The notes beneath the pieces are model-generated. The model ran no database searches. It worked only from the letters and a program-made list of their open reading frames with translations, and was not told the DNA's origin. From Gemmatimonadales bacterium (GTDB taxonomy: Bacteria > Gemmatimonadota > Gemmatimonadetes > Gemmatimonadales > GWC2-71-9): a stretch of 64,000 bases of DNA. The translations under genes were made by a program, and so were the position numbers. Positions 1-10,070 of this stretch are shown here, one piece after another (positions within the stretch are counted from its first letter, which is position 1; the number at the start of each line of letters is the position of its first letter). The stretch is from assembly GCA_038321865.1 (NCBI GenBank), contig JBBQFH010000005.1:32001-96000 (forward strand). The letters run 5' to 3'.

Positions 1-2
1 AC

Positions 3-1274
3 GAGCACAAACTCACCAGCGAGGTCCATCTCGTCCGGGGGCAGGAGGACGGCCCGCAGTCCGTCGTAGCTCGCGCGCTGACGCTCGCCGGTGACCCGGC
101 GGCCGTCACGGCGCGGGAATCCCAGGCGAGCCTGGACCACAGCGCCGAGAGCTCGTTCAAGGCGGATTACGCCAGGCCGCTGGCGGGACACCTGCAGCTC
201 GAAGCGGGCTACAGGGGATCGTTCCAGCGCTTCCACACCTCGCTCGACACGCAGGTCTTCGATACGACGCAGGCCCTGTATGTTCCCGATCCGGCCCGCA
301 TCAACGACTTCACCTACCACCAGAACGTCCACGCCGTCTACGGCATCGTGGACGCCCAGCCCGGAAAATTCGTGATGCAGGCCGGCGCCCGCGTGGAGCA
401 CGCGTCCACCCATTTTCACCTGACGAACGCCGGCACCACCTACGACAATGGCTACAACAGCGTCTTTCCGAGTGCGCTGGTCGCCTACAATTTCGACGAG
501 TTCCGCCAAGTCAAGCTGAGCTACTCGACCCGCATCCGGCGGCCCGACGACACCGATCTGCTGGACCCGACACCGCACTTCGCCGATCCGCTCAACCTCT
601 CGATCGGCAACCCGAACCTGAAGCCCGAGTACATTCGCGCCTTCGAGCTCGGACTGCAGCGGAGGGCCGGCCGCATGACGGTCCAGCTGACGCCGTACTA
701 CCGGCACACCCTCGACGCCGTCCGCTCCATCCGCACCATCGACACCCTGGGCGTCACGACGCGCACCTTCGCCAACATCGCGTCGAGCGACGCGTACGGC
801 GGGGATGCGACCCTCGCCCTGAACGGCGGCCGCCTGAGCGGGTTCCTGAGCGCCAGCGCGTTCCGGCAGGTGAGTAACGCGCCCGACCTCGGGCCCGGCT
901 TTGCGATTCGGACCTTCGGCTGGTCGGTCCGGACCAACGCGTCGTTCCGCGTCTCCCCCTCGCTCGACTGGCAGGTCTTGCTGGCGTACCAGGCGCCGAT
1001 GACGGTCGAGCAGGGCCGGAACGGGAGCCGGACCCGATTCAGCTTCGCCGCGCGGCAGAAGCTGATGGCCGACCGGATGAGCGTTACCTTTCGCGTGATC
1101 GATCCGTTCAACGTGTCGAAGGAGACATCCACGACCGTCGATCCGCAATTCACGCTCTCATCGGTGCGCCGGCGCGCCATCCGGGCCCTCCAGCTCAACG
1201 TGACCTGGATGTTCGGTCAGCCGCCGAAGAAGGCGCACGCGCCCGGCGATCTCCTCGGCCCGGACGCGGGGTGA
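3..1274 (+). CDS. TonB-dependent receptor / outer-membrane beta-barrel protein, C-terminal part (5' end outside window)
   Basis: Frame open from position 3; alternating beta-strand pattern; 'SYSTRIRRP', 'GNPNLKPE' and 'DPFN' motifs typical of TBDR barrels. Confidence 0.85.
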   Translation, partial: EHKLTSEVHLVRGQEDGPQSVVARALTLAGDPAAVTARESQASLDHSAESSFKADYARPLAGHLQLEAGYRGSFQRFHTSLDTQVFDTTQALYVPDPARINDFTYHQNVHAVYGIVDAQPGKFVMQAGARVEHASTHFHLTNAGTTYDNGYNSVFPSALVAYNFDEFRQVKLSYSTRIRRPDDTDLLDPTPHFADPLNLSIGNPNLKPEYIRAFELGLQRRAGRMTVQLTPYYRHTLDAVRSIRTIDTLGVTTRTFANIASSDAYGGDATLALNGGRLSGFLSASAFRQVSNAPDLGPGFAIRTFGWSVRTNASFRVSPSLDWQVLLAYQAPMTVEQGRNGSRTRFSFAARQKLMADRMSVTFRVIDPFNVSKETSTTVDPQFTLSSVRRRAIRALQLNVTWMFGQPPKKAHAPGDLLGPDAG

Positions 1275-1374
1275 GCGGCCGCCTCCGCGCGATACCTCAT
1301 AGGGTGCGGACGGTGATAGCTTCATGCTGCAGGGTGCTTCCCTCGCACGACCCATATCCAGCCAGGAGGTTTGC

Positions 1375-1578
1375 ATGTCCGTCGCCAAGATCACCGAAAT
1401 TCAATCATCCTCGAAGAAGAGCTTCGACGAGGCGCTCCTGACCGGCATCGCGCGGGCCGAGAAGACGCTGCGGAATCTCACCGGCGCGTGGGTCAAGAGC
1501 CAGAAGGTCGTGATCGAGAAGGGCAAGATCACCGAGTACCGGATTCTCCTGAAGGTGTCCTTCGTGCTGAACGACTGA
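1375..1578 (+). CDS. Dodecin family flavin-binding protein
   Basis: 67 aa MSVAKITEIQSSSKKSFDEAL...EYRILLKVSFVL; AGGAGG RBS at 1364-1369. Confidence 0.9.
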   Translation: MSVAKITEIQSSSKKSFDEALLTGIARAEKTLRNLTGAWVKSQKVVIEKGKITEYRILLKVSFVLND

Positions 1579-1584
1579 ACTGAC

Positions 1585-3633
1585 ATGAATCGCCTGCTCG
1601 GCGCGCTCGCGCTCGCGCTCGCGCTCGCCGCGGCCGCGCCGCTCACGGCCCAGCATGCCACCCTGGGCCTCGACACCGCCGGCATGGACCGCTCGGTCCG
1701 CCCCGGCGACGATTTCGTCCGCTATGCCGGCGGCCGGTGGTTCGACCGCACCGTGATCCCGGCCGACCGAAGCGGCTACGGCGCATCCAGCATCTCGGCC
1801 GAGGTGGCGGAGAGGCAGGTGACCGCCGTGGTCCGTGGCGCCGCGGCGGCCCACGCGCCGGCGGGCTCCGACCTCCGCCGGATCGCGGATTTCTACGCGA
1901 GCTTCGTCGATACGACCGCGATCACGACGGCCGGCCTCACCCCGCTCCAGCCGCAGCTCGCGCGCATCACTGCGATCAACGACCGCACGGCACTGGCGCG
2001 CTTCATCGGTGCAACGCTCCGGGCCGATGTGGACGTCATCAACGACGGCGCGCTCCACACCGACAACCTCTTCGGCCTCTGGGTGGACCAGGATTTCGAC
2101 GATCCGGCTCGCAACTCCGCCGCGCTGCTGCAGGGCGGCCTCGCCATGCCTGACCGGAGCTACTACCTCGACACGTCACCGTCGATGGAGCGGATCCGGA
2201 AGGCGTACCGCACGCACGTCGCCACGATGCTTTCGCTGGCCGGGATCGCCGAGCCGGAGCTGAAGGCCGACGCGATCCTCCAGCTGGAAACCAGGATCGC
2301 CGGCACGCACTGGAAGCGGGAGGACAGCTGGGACGTGGTCAAGGGCAACAATCACTGGGTCCGGGCCGATTTCATGAAGAAGGCACCCGGGCTCGACTGG
2401 GACGCCTTCTTCTCCGCCGCCCGGCTCGGCGACATCCCCGTCTTCGTCGCCTGGCAGCCGAGCGCCATTACCGGGCTCTCCGCGCTGGCGGCGAGCGAGC
2501 CGCTCGACGCATGGAAGGCACTCCTGACCTATCACGCGATCGAGCACGCGGCGCGCGTGCTGCCGGTGGCGTTCGACCGTGAGGCGTTCGCTTTCTTCGG
2601 CCGGACGCTGAGCGGCGCGCCGGAACAGACCCCGCGCGCCAAACGGGCGATCCAGGCCACCAGCGCGGCACTCGGCTTCGCGGTCGGCCGGCTGTATGTC
2701 GAGCGGTACTTCCCGCCCAGCGCCAAGCGGCGTGCCGAGGTGATGGTGGCCGGCATCATCCGGGCGCTCGACGCGCGGATCGTGCGGCTGGCGTGGATGG
2801 CGCCCGCGACCAAGGCGGAGGCGCGGGCGAAACTCCGGACGCTGCGGGTGAGTGTCGGGTATCCTGACCAGTGGCCGGACTACACCGGACTCGACATCGC
2901 CGCCGGGGATGCGTACGGCAACGCCGAACGGCTGGAGCAGTTCCAGTACGACCGGAATCTCGCCAAGCTGCACCGGCCCACCGACCGCACCGAGTGGTCC
3001 ATGACGCCGCAGCTGGTCAACGCGGTGAACATGCCGGCGATGAACGCGATGAACTTCCCCGCGGCGATCCTCCAGCCGCCGTTCTTCGACCCGTCCCGGC
3101 CCGAGGTGATGAACTACGCGGCGATCGGCGCGGTGATCGGCCACGAGATCAGCCACAGCTTCGACAACCTCGGCGCCAACTTCGACGCCCACGGCCGGCT
3201 CCGGAACTGGTGGACGCCGGAGGACCTGGCCCACTTCAATGCGGGGGCCGAGCAGCTGGTGCGACAGTACGACGCCTACCGGCCGTTTCCCGACCTCGCC
3301 GTGAACGGCAAGCTCACCCTGACCGAGAACCTCGCCGATCTCGCCGGCCTCACCGCGGCGTACGACGCCTACCGCGCATCGCTCCATGGGAAGAAGTCGC
3401 CGACGATCGCGGGACTCACCGGCGATCAGCAGTTCTTTCTGAGCTTTGCCCAGATCTGGCGGACCAAGTCGCGCGACGCCATGCTGCGCCAGCGGGTGCT
3501 GACCGACGGCCACTCGCCGGCCCAGTACCGCACGCTCACGGTGCGAAACATCGACGCGTGGTACCAGGCGTTCGGCGTGCGGCCGGGGCAGGCGGAGTAT
3601 CTGGCGCCGGGGGATCGGGTGCGGATCTGGTGA
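1585..3633 (+). CDS. M13 family (neprilysin/PepO-like) metallopeptidase, secreted
   Basis: Signal peptide; 'PGDDF', 'VNA', HEISH zinc motif, ENLAD, 'DGHSP'. Confidence 0.95.
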   Translation: MNRLLGALALALALAAAAPLTAQHATLGLDTAGMDRSVRPGDDFVRYAGGRWFDRTVIPADRSGYGASSISAEVAERQVTAVVRGAAAAHAPAGSDLRRIADFYASFVDTTAITTAGLTPLQPQLARITAINDRTALARFIGATLRADVDVINDGALHTDNLFGLWVDQDFDDPARNSAALLQGGLAMPDRSYYLDTSPSMERIRKAYRTHVATMLSLAGIAEPELKADAILQLETRIAGTHWKREDSWDVVKGNNHWVRADFMKKAPGLDWDAFFSAARLGDIPVFVAWQPSAITGLSALAASEPLDAWKALLTYHAIEHAARVLPVAFDREAFAFFGRTLSGAPEQTPRAKRAIQATSAALGFAVGRLYVERYFPPSAKRRAEVMVAGIIRALDARIVRLAWMAPATKAEARAKLRTLRVSVGYPDQWPDYTGLDIAAGDAYGNAERLEQFQYDRNLAKLHRPTDRTEWSMTPQLVNAVNMPAMNAMNFPAAILQPPFFDPSRPEVMNYAAIGAVIGHEISHSFDNLGANFDAHGRLRNWWTPEDLAHFNAGAEQLVRQYDAYRPFPDLAVNGKLTLTENLADLAGLTAAYDAYRASLHGKKSPTIAGLTGDQQFFLSFAQIWRTKSRDAMLRQRVLTDGHSPAQYRTLTVRNIDAWYQAFGVRPGQAEYLAPGDRVRIW

Positions 3634-3640
3634 CGTCGCC

Positions 3641-4042
3641 ATGACAGCGCCGGCCGAACGCTGGTCCATCGCCCCGTATTTCATCGTGGACGACGTCATC
3701 TCCACCGCCGCCTGGTACCGTGACATGCTCGGTTTCGGCTACGAGCGGCTCTGGGGCGAGCCGCCCGCGTTCTGCATGGTCCGGCGGAGCGGCGTCGTCA
3801 TCATGCTGGCCCAGCTGGAGCAGGTTGGTGTCATGCGCCCGAACCGCACGGTGAACCCGGAAGCAGCCGCCTGGGATGCCTACATCTTGGTGGCGGATGC
3901 CACCGCGCCCCGCGATGAGTTCGCGTCGCGCGGCGTTACGGTGGTGCGGGATCTCTGCGATCAGGTCTACGGATGCCGGGATTTCGAAATCGACGACTGG
4001 AACGGGTACCGCCTCTGTTTCGGCCAGGATCTCAACCGATGA
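3641..4042 (+). CDS. VOC/glyoxalase (bleomycin-resistance-like) protein
   Basis: 'WYRDMLGF', 'YGCRDFEIDDWNGYRLCFGQ'. Confidence 0.85.
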   Translation: MTAPAERWSIAPYFIVDDVISTAAWYRDMLGFGYERLWGEPPAFCMVRRSGVVIMLAQLEQVGVMRPNRTVNPEAAAWDAYILVADATAPRDEFASRGVTVVRDLCDQVYGCRDFEIDDWNGYRLCFGQDLNR

Positions 4043-4063
4043 CGCCGTCGGTCAGCACGTGAA

Positions 4064-5215
4064 ATGATTCGGACACTCGCGTTGCTGCTCGCCGCCACGA
4101 TGGCGGCCACCGCAGAGGCACAGTCCACCTGTCGCACGGCATTCGCCGACTCGGTATCGGTGCGCGAGCTTCGTGCGTTCGACCGCGTGGCGGCCGTCCC
4201 GCCCGTCTGGGACGGCTACCGCCTGGCGCGGCACCCGCTGCTCCTGCTGGCGGATTCGACGCACCACGGAGGACCAGTCACGCCGGTGTGCGCAGCCATC
4301 TGGAAGGCAGGCGCGCGGCTCCGGATCGTCGAGCTCGCGGCGCGCCCCGCGTTCTCCACTGCGCTCTACGGCATGATCGACCTCGATCCCGTCGGGCCGC
4401 ACGCCCGGAATGCCACCGAGCTGGCCGCCGCCTTCCACCAGCCCACTCCCGTCGTTGCCTCGGCGCTGCGCGCGCAGGGCGTGCGCCGCGCCATCGTGCT
4501 GAACGTCCCGCTCGATTTCGGGCCGCTCGGCGCGCTCGGCCGGATGCTCACGACGATGAAGGCCGACCCCGCTCTCCTCCACGCCGATCTCGCCGTGCAC
4601 GAGAGCTTTCACCTGCACACACAATTCCCCGCGTGGCTCGATCAGCATCGGACCTACGCATGGCCCGCCTGGGACGTCCAGCCCGACCGCCGGCAGCTCC
4701 GTGAGCGATGCTACGCCGGCACGACGGAGCTGTCCGCGGCGCTCGAGTCCGAGATCGGGACGCTGCTGGCGGCATTCGACGCGCTCTATGCCGACTCCGC
4801 CAGCCCGGATCCCGTCCTCGCGCTGGCTCATGCACGCCGCTTCGTGGACGCGCGCGCGGCGCGCCGGAGGCTGCAGGACACCATGAGCGTCGCGCGGGGT
4901 GCCACCCGGATTTCCTGCGCGCTGGCCGAGGACCTGATGGAGCTCGAGGAAGGGACGACCCAGTGGATCGGTCACGCGACGACGGTTCGCGCGGGACTGA
5001 CCACGCTGGCGCGGCAGCGCGGTTCATATGCGGGAAAGCAGCCGGACGCGTACTATCGGACCGGGCCGCTGCAGCTCTGGATTCTCGAGGGGCTGCTGGG
5101 CCGCGACGCGATGCGGCGCGTCACCGCGTCCATCGCACGCTCGGCTGGCCCGGATGGCGGCGTGTTCGGGCAGTTCGCGCAGCGGACGCTCGTGCTGGCG
5201 GACGCGCGGAAATAG
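4064..5215 (+). CDS. Secreted hypothetical protein with HExxH zincin-like motif
   Basis: Signal peptide (AxA); 'VHESFH' and downstream 'ELEEG'. Confidence 0.6.
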   Translation: MIRTLALLLAATMAATAEAQSTCRTAFADSVSVRELRAFDRVAAVPPVWDGYRLARHPLLLLADSTHHGGPVTPVCAAIWKAGARLRIVELAARPAFSTALYGMIDLDPVGPHARNATELAAAFHQPTPVVASALRAQGVRRAIVLNVPLDFGPLGALGRMLTTMKADPALLHADLAVHESFHLHTQFPAWLDQHRTYAWPAWDVQPDRRQLRERCYAGTTELSAALESEIGTLLAAFDALYADSASPDPVLALAHARRFVDARAARRRLQDTMSVARGATRISCALAEDLMELEEGTTQWIGHATTVRAGLTTLARQRGSYAGKQPDAYYRTGPLQLWILEGLLGRDAMRRVTASIARSAGPDGGVFGQFAQRTLVLADARK

Positions 5216-5242
5216 CCCATGCTTCCAACGACAGAGGACGCG

Positions 5243-6652
5243 ATGACGGCAGTTCCCGACCGGCAGCAGGCCACCCTCGAACGGGCGACCGAGCTCGCGG
5301 TCGCCTTTCTCGAATCGCTCGACGCGGCACCGGTGGCCGCGACGACGTCGCTCGCTGAGCTGCGCCGGCGCTTCGCGGTGGAGTTGCCCGCCGAGGGCGT
5401 TGATCCCGTCACCGTCATCGACGACCTGGCGCGCGATACCGACGGCGGATTGCTCGGCAGCGCCGGCGGGCGGTTCTACGGATGGGTGATCGGCGCCGGC
5501 CTGCCCGCCTCGCTCGCGGCCGACTGGCTCACCGCAACGTGGGACCAGAACGCCGGCCTCTACGCCTGCAGCCCTGCGGCGGCCGTCGTCGAGGAGGTCT
5601 GCGGCACCTGGCTCAAGGACGTGCTCGGGCTCCCGCCCTCGGCATCGTTCGCGCTGGTCACCGGCTGCCAGATGGCGCACGTGACCTGTCTCGCGGCGGC
5701 GCGGCATGCGGTGCTCGCGCGTGTGGGGTGGGACGTGAACCGTGACGGATTGCCCGGAGCGCCGCCCATCCGCATCATCACCTCCGCCGAGGTGCACGGC
5801 ACCTGCACCCGCGCGGCCAAACTGCTCGGGCTCGGCACCTCGAACATGCTGGTGCTGCCGAGCGACGCGGCCGGGCGCCTGCCCGCGGCGGCGCTGCGAG
5901 AGGCCCTCGCGGCCGATCCCGGCCGGCCCACGATCGTCATCCTCCAGGCGGGCGACGTGAACTGCGGCGTTTTCGACGAATTTCCCGAGCTGATCGCCAT
6001 CGCGCACGAGGCCCGGGCATGGGTCCACATCGACGGCGCCATGGGACTCTGGTGCAACGCGACACCCGCACTCCGGCACCTGCTGGCCGGCGCCGAGCGG
6101 GCCGACTCGTGGGCGACCGACGGCCACAAGTGGCTCAACGTGCCGTACGACTGCGGCTACGCGTTCGTGGCGCACCCGGAGCACCATCGCGCCGGAATGG
6201 AGCACCGCGCCAGCTACCTGGTGCACGCCGAAGACGCGCGGGACGAGCTCGACTGGACGCCAGAGCATTCGCGCCGCGCCCGCGGCTTCGCCACCTGGGC
6301 GGCGCTCCGGGAGCTCGGCCGCTCGGGCCTCGCCGACCTGATCGAGCGCTGCTGCCGGCATGCGTACGATATCGTGACCCGGATCGGCGCGCTGTCGGGT
6401 GCGCAGGTCGTATCCGTGCCGCAGATCAATCAGGGCCTCGTGCGCTTTCATGACACGCAGCCCGGCGCGACCGCCCGGGACCACGACCGCCGCACCGACG
6501 AGGTGATGGCCGCCATCAACGCCACCGGCGAGGCGTTCTTCACCGGGACCACCTGGCGGGGAATGCGCTGCATGCGCGTCTCTGTCTCCAGCTGGCGCAC
6601 CACCGCAGGCGACGTGGACCGCGCGGTGGCGGCGGCGGCGCGGGTGCTGTGA
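5243..6652 (+). CDS. PLP-dependent group II amino-acid decarboxylase
   Basis: 'WVHIDGAMG', 'DGHKWLNVPYDCG' (PLP lysine); GAGG RBS before ATG 5243 (alternative start 5219). Confidence 0.9.
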   Translation: MTAVPDRQQATLERATELAVAFLESLDAAPVAATTSLAELRRRFAVELPAEGVDPVTVIDDLARDTDGGLLGSAGGRFYGWVIGAGLPASLAADWLTATWDQNAGLYACSPAAAVVEEVCGTWLKDVLGLPPSASFALVTGCQMAHVTCLAAARHAVLARVGWDVNRDGLPGAPPIRIITSAEVHGTCTRAAKLLGLGTSNMLVLPSDAAGRLPAAALREALAADPGRPTIVILQAGDVNCGVFDEFPELIAIAHEARAWVHIDGAMGLWCNATPALRHLLAGAERADSWATDGHKWLNVPYDCGYAFVAHPEHHRAGMEHRASYLVHAEDARDELDWTPEHSRRARGFATWAALRELGRSGLADLIERCCRHAYDIVTRIGALSGAQVVSVPQINQGLVRFHDTQPGATARDHDRRTDEVMAAINATGEAFFTGTTWRGMRCMRVSVSSWRTTAGDVDRAVAAAARVL

Positions 6653-8349
6653 CATCCAGGCGCGATTTCGTCGAGCGCGCTGCGCTCGCGACGATGGGTC
6701 TCGCACTCCCTGCCCCGCTGGCTCGCCCGCTGATCCGTCCGCCGAACAGGGCGGCCGGCGGCTTTCTCGATCTGGTCCGCCCGCCCGACCGCGTCACGGT
6801 GCAGGGAGGCAGCGGCGACATCGTGCTCGCGAGCGGCCCAGCCACACGCTGGACCGGCGCCGGCGGCATCGTCGTCTCTACCGCCGTTCGATCGGGTGCG
6901 CTGCACATCACCCTTGGCTCACCCTCCGTCGGCATTTACCGTCTTCACCTCCGCTGGCGCGGCCGCATCCCGGGCACACCCGCGATCGCCGGCGACGCGT
7001 GGGAGCGCGGCTACGGCGACCTGGAATGGCGCGGGTGGGTGCCCGACCGTGTCATGCCCTGGTACTTCGCCATGCACGACGGCGCGCTCACCCACGCCTA
7101 CGGCGTGCGCACCAACCCCGCGGCCTTCTGCAGCTGGCAGGTCGACGCCGACGGCATCAGTCTCTGGGCCAATGTCCGGAGCGGCGGCGCGGGCGTCGCG
7201 CTCGGCGACCGGACGCTCGACGTCTGCGACGTCGTCTGCCGGGCCGGCCACGCCGGCGAGTCGGCGTTTGCGGCGCTGCACGCCTTCTGCCGCGTGATGT
7301 GCCCCCAGCCACTGATGCCCTCCGCGCCGGTGTACGGCAGCAACGACTGGTATTCCACCTACGGCGCCAACAGTGCAGAGACGGTGCGTGCCGACGCGGG
7401 GCGCATCGTCGAGCTCTCTCCCGCCGGGCCCAACCGGCCGTTTGCCGTGATCGACGATGGCTGGCAGCCCGGTGGCGGGAAGGATCTGCCCGGCGCCGGC
7501 ATCTGGGATCGCGGCAATGAGAAGTTTCCCGACCTGCCCGGGCTCGCCGCTTCGGTGCACGGGGCGGGGGCACGGCCGGGGATCTGGGTCCGTCCGCTCC
7601 AGGCCGCGGCTGACTCACCGGCTGGCTGGCGGCTCGCGCGCGAGCGCGGCACGCTCGACCCGAGCATTCCCGAAACGCTGCACAAGGTCACCGCCGACAT
7701 CGCCCGGCTCCGTGAGTGGGGCTTCGAGCTGATCAAGCATGACTACACCACCTTCGACATCTTCGGCCGCTGGGGATTCCAGATGGGTTCGGCGATGACG
7801 AAGGACGGGTGGACCTTCGCCGCCGGATCGTCCCGCACGACGGCTGAGGTGATCGACGAGCTGTATCGCACGATCCGGACGGCGGCGGCCGGGAGTCTGG
7901 TGATCGGGTGCAACACGGTGAGTCACCTCTCCGCGGGCCGTTTCGAGATCTGCCGCATCGGCGACGATACCAGCGGCACCGAGTGGGCGCGCACCCGGAA
8001 GATGGGCGTCAACTCGCTCGCCTTCCGCGGTGTGCAGCACGGAGCGTTCTACGCCGCTGATCCGGACTGCGTCGGCGTTACGATGGCGGTGCCGTGGGCG
8101 CTCAACCGCCAGTGGCTCGACCTGGTGGCGCGGAGCGGGACGATGCTGTCGGTCTCCCTCGCCGCCGACGCGCTGGGCGCCGAGCAGCGGCGGGATCTCA
8201 GGGCCGCGCTCGCGCTCGCGGCGGTGCGCCAGCCGCTGGCTGAGCCGCTCGACTGGGAGCGCTCGGCGTATCCGGCGCGCTGGCGGATGCTGGGCCGGGA
8301 GCGGGTGTTCGACTGGGTGGGCCCGGACGGGGCCGGAGCCCCCCAGTGA
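6649..8349 (+). CDS. Tat-exported GH36/GH27-like (clan GH-D) glycoside hydrolase
   Basis: SRRDF Tat motif; 'IDDGWQ', 'KHDY' nucleophile, 'RIGDD' acid/base. Confidence 0.75.
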   Translation: MTSRRDFVERAALATMGLALPAPLARPLIRPPNRAAGGFLDLVRPPDRVTVQGGSGDIVLASGPATRWTGAGGIVVSTAVRSGALHITLGSPSVGIYRLHLRWRGRIPGTPAIAGDAWERGYGDLEWRGWVPDRVMPWYFAMHDGALTHAYGVRTNPAAFCSWQVDADGISLWANVRSGGAGVALGDRTLDVCDVVCRAGHAGESAFAALHAFCRVMCPQPLMPSAPVYGSNDWYSTYGANSAETVRADAGRIVELSPAGPNRPFAVIDDGWQPGGGKDLPGAGIWDRGNEKFPDLPGLAASVHGAGARPGIWVRPLQAAADSPAGWRLARERGTLDPSIPETLHKVTADIARLREWGFELIKHDYTTFDIFGRWGFQMGSAMTKDGWTFAAGSSRTTAEVIDELYRTIRTAAAGSLVIGCNTVSHLSAGRFEICRIGDDTSGTEWARTRKMGVNSLAFRGVQHGAFYAADPDCVGVTMAVPWALNRQWLDLVARSGTMLSVSLAADALGAEQRRDLRAALALAAVRQPLAEPLDWERSAYPARWRMLGRERVFDWVGPDGAGAPQ

Positions 8350-9188
8350 CACTGTCGTACGCGGCCATGCTCGCGATCGTGACGGCATCCGCCGCGCTGC
8401 CGGCCTGTGCGACGGTGCGCGCCGCGCGCGGCAGTAGTTCAAACGCATCCCCGCTCAGCATCGGCGAAACCTTCACCATCGACTCGCGCGTATTGGGAGA
8501 AGTCAGGCGCATCAACGTCTACCTCCCGCCGGGCCATGCGGATTCGTCCAACGTGCGCCTGCCGGTGCTCTACATGCCGGACGGCGGCATGAAGGAGGAT
8601 TTCCTCCACGTCGCCGGGCTGGTGCAGGTGCTGGTCGGGAACGGCACCATGCGGCCGTTCCTGCTGGTCGGCATCGAGAATACGGCCCGCCGCCGAGATC
8701 TCACGGGGCCCACCGATAACCCCGACGACCGGAAGATCGCGCCGGTGGTCGGCGGATCGGAGGCGTTTCGGCGCTTCATCCGCTCCGAGCTGATGCCCGC
8801 GGTGCGCGCGCGCTACCGCACGACTGGCGAAACGGCCATCGTCGGCGAATCACTGGCCGGGCTGTTCGTGGTCGAGACGTTCTTCCGTGACCCGACGCTG
8901 TTCAACACCTACATCGCCTTCGACCCGAGTCTCTGGTGGAACAACGGCGAGCTGGTCGATCACGCTGCGGAGCGGCTCGGTGCCGCCGGGGGGCGCTCGC
9001 TCTACCTCGCGAGCAGCAGCCAGCCTGATATCGCGCTGCTCACGCTACGGCTGGCGGAGGTGCTCGCGGCTCACCCGCCGCGCGACGGGTGGTGGCACTA
9101 CGAGCCGATGCCGGAAGAGACCCACGGCACCATCTATCACCCGGCGGCGCTGCGGGCGTTTCGCCTGGCGTTCGGGCCCGGTCGGTGA
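8346..9188 (+). CDS. Alpha/beta hydrolase, IroE/Fes-like esterase
   Basis: 'PVLYMPDG', GESLAG nucleophile elbow, 'PSLWW', 'ETHGT'. Confidence 0.85.
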   Translation: MTLSYAAMLAIVTASAALPACATVRAARGSSSNASPLSIGETFTIDSRVLGEVRRINVYLPPGHADSSNVRLPVLYMPDGGMKEDFLHVAGLVQVLVGNGTMRPFLLVGIENTARRRDLTGPTDNPDDRKIAPVVGGSEAFRRFIRSELMPAVRARYRTTGETAIVGESLAGLFVVETFFRDPTLFNTYIAFDPSLWWNNGELVDHAAERLGAAGGRSLYLASSSQPDIALLTLRLAEVLAAHPPRDGWWHYEPMPEETHGTIYHPAALRAFRLAFGPGR

Positions 9189-9216
9189 GCCAACTCCCCC
9201 CTGAGGCGAGAGACTG

Positions 9217-10032
9217 ATGCCAGGTGTACGGAGACAACCGTTGGTATTGCTTTGGCTGCTGTCCGCCTGCACCGGAGCCGCGGAAACGCCGGACCCGCGC
9301 CCGGTGCCGGTTCGGCGAGTCCTCTTCGTCGGCAACAGCCTCACGTATGTGAACGACCTCCCGTCCGTTGTCACCGCCGTGGCGGCCTCGGCCGGGATCC
9401 GGCTTGAGACCGGGACCTCCGCCGGGCCGAACCTCGCGCTGATCGATCACCTCGACGGCCAGACCGATGCACTCGCCAGGCTGGCGACGCAGCACTGGGA
9501 CTGGGTGGTGCTGCAGCAGGGGCCGACCACGATCGGCCTCTGTCGTGACTCACTTCTGCTGTGGGCTCGCGAATTCGGCGCGCGTATTCGGGCGCGGGGC
9601 GGCAAACCGGCGCTGCTCATGACCTGGCCGGCCAAATCGTCTCCCGAGCACTTCGACGACGTGCGGCTGTCGTTCCAGAGCGCCGCGGCGGCGGCGGACG
9701 GCATCTTTCTGCCGGCCGGCGAGGCCTGGCGGCTGGCGCTGGCCGGTGCGGCGGGGGCGCCGCTCTACGCGCGCGACGGATTCCATCCCGCCCCCGCCGG
9801 GACCTATCTCGCCGCACTCGTCGTCGTGGAGCGGCTCACCGGCCGCGACCCGCGCACATTCCCGGTCACGGGAGTCGTGAACGGCGTTCCCGCCAGGCTC
9901 TCACCGGCAACGGTCCGGCTGCTTCAGGAGTCGGCGCACGCCGCCAACGAGCGCTGGCCCGCGGGACGCCCCGGGCCGCTGGCCGCACTCGGCAACACAT
10001 CGCACGCCTCGCCGCCCGGCGGGCGGTGCTGA
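9217..10032 (+). CDS. SGNH/GDSL hydrolase-family lipoprotein
   Basis: LSAC lipobox; 'FVGNSLT', 'VVLQ', 'DGFHP'. Confidence 0.8.
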   Translation: MPGVRRQPLVLLWLLSACTGAAETPDPRPVPVRRVLFVGNSLTYVNDLPSVVTAVAASAGIRLETGTSAGPNLALIDHLDGQTDALARLATQHWDWVVLQQGPTTIGLCRDSLLLWAREFGARIRARGGKPALLMTWPAKSSPEHFDDVRLSFQSAAAAADGIFLPAGEAWRLALAGAAGAPLYARDGFHPAPAGTYLAALVVVERLTGRDPRTFPVTGVVNGVPARLSPATVRLLQESAHAANERWPAGRPGPLAALGNTSHASPPGGRC

Positions 10033-10070
10033 ACGCACTCCCCACTTCAACTCCAGCGGAGCGAGCACCC

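Noticed and set aside
2176..3726. Long antisense or alternate-frame ORFs (also 34193-36355, 44450-46195, and the 5' extensions of 22250-25120, 33644-36274 and 59169-61793)
   Set aside because: Shadow ORFs of real genes in high-GC DNA; Arg/Pro/Gly-rich with no motifs. True starts were reassigned using RBS and homology.
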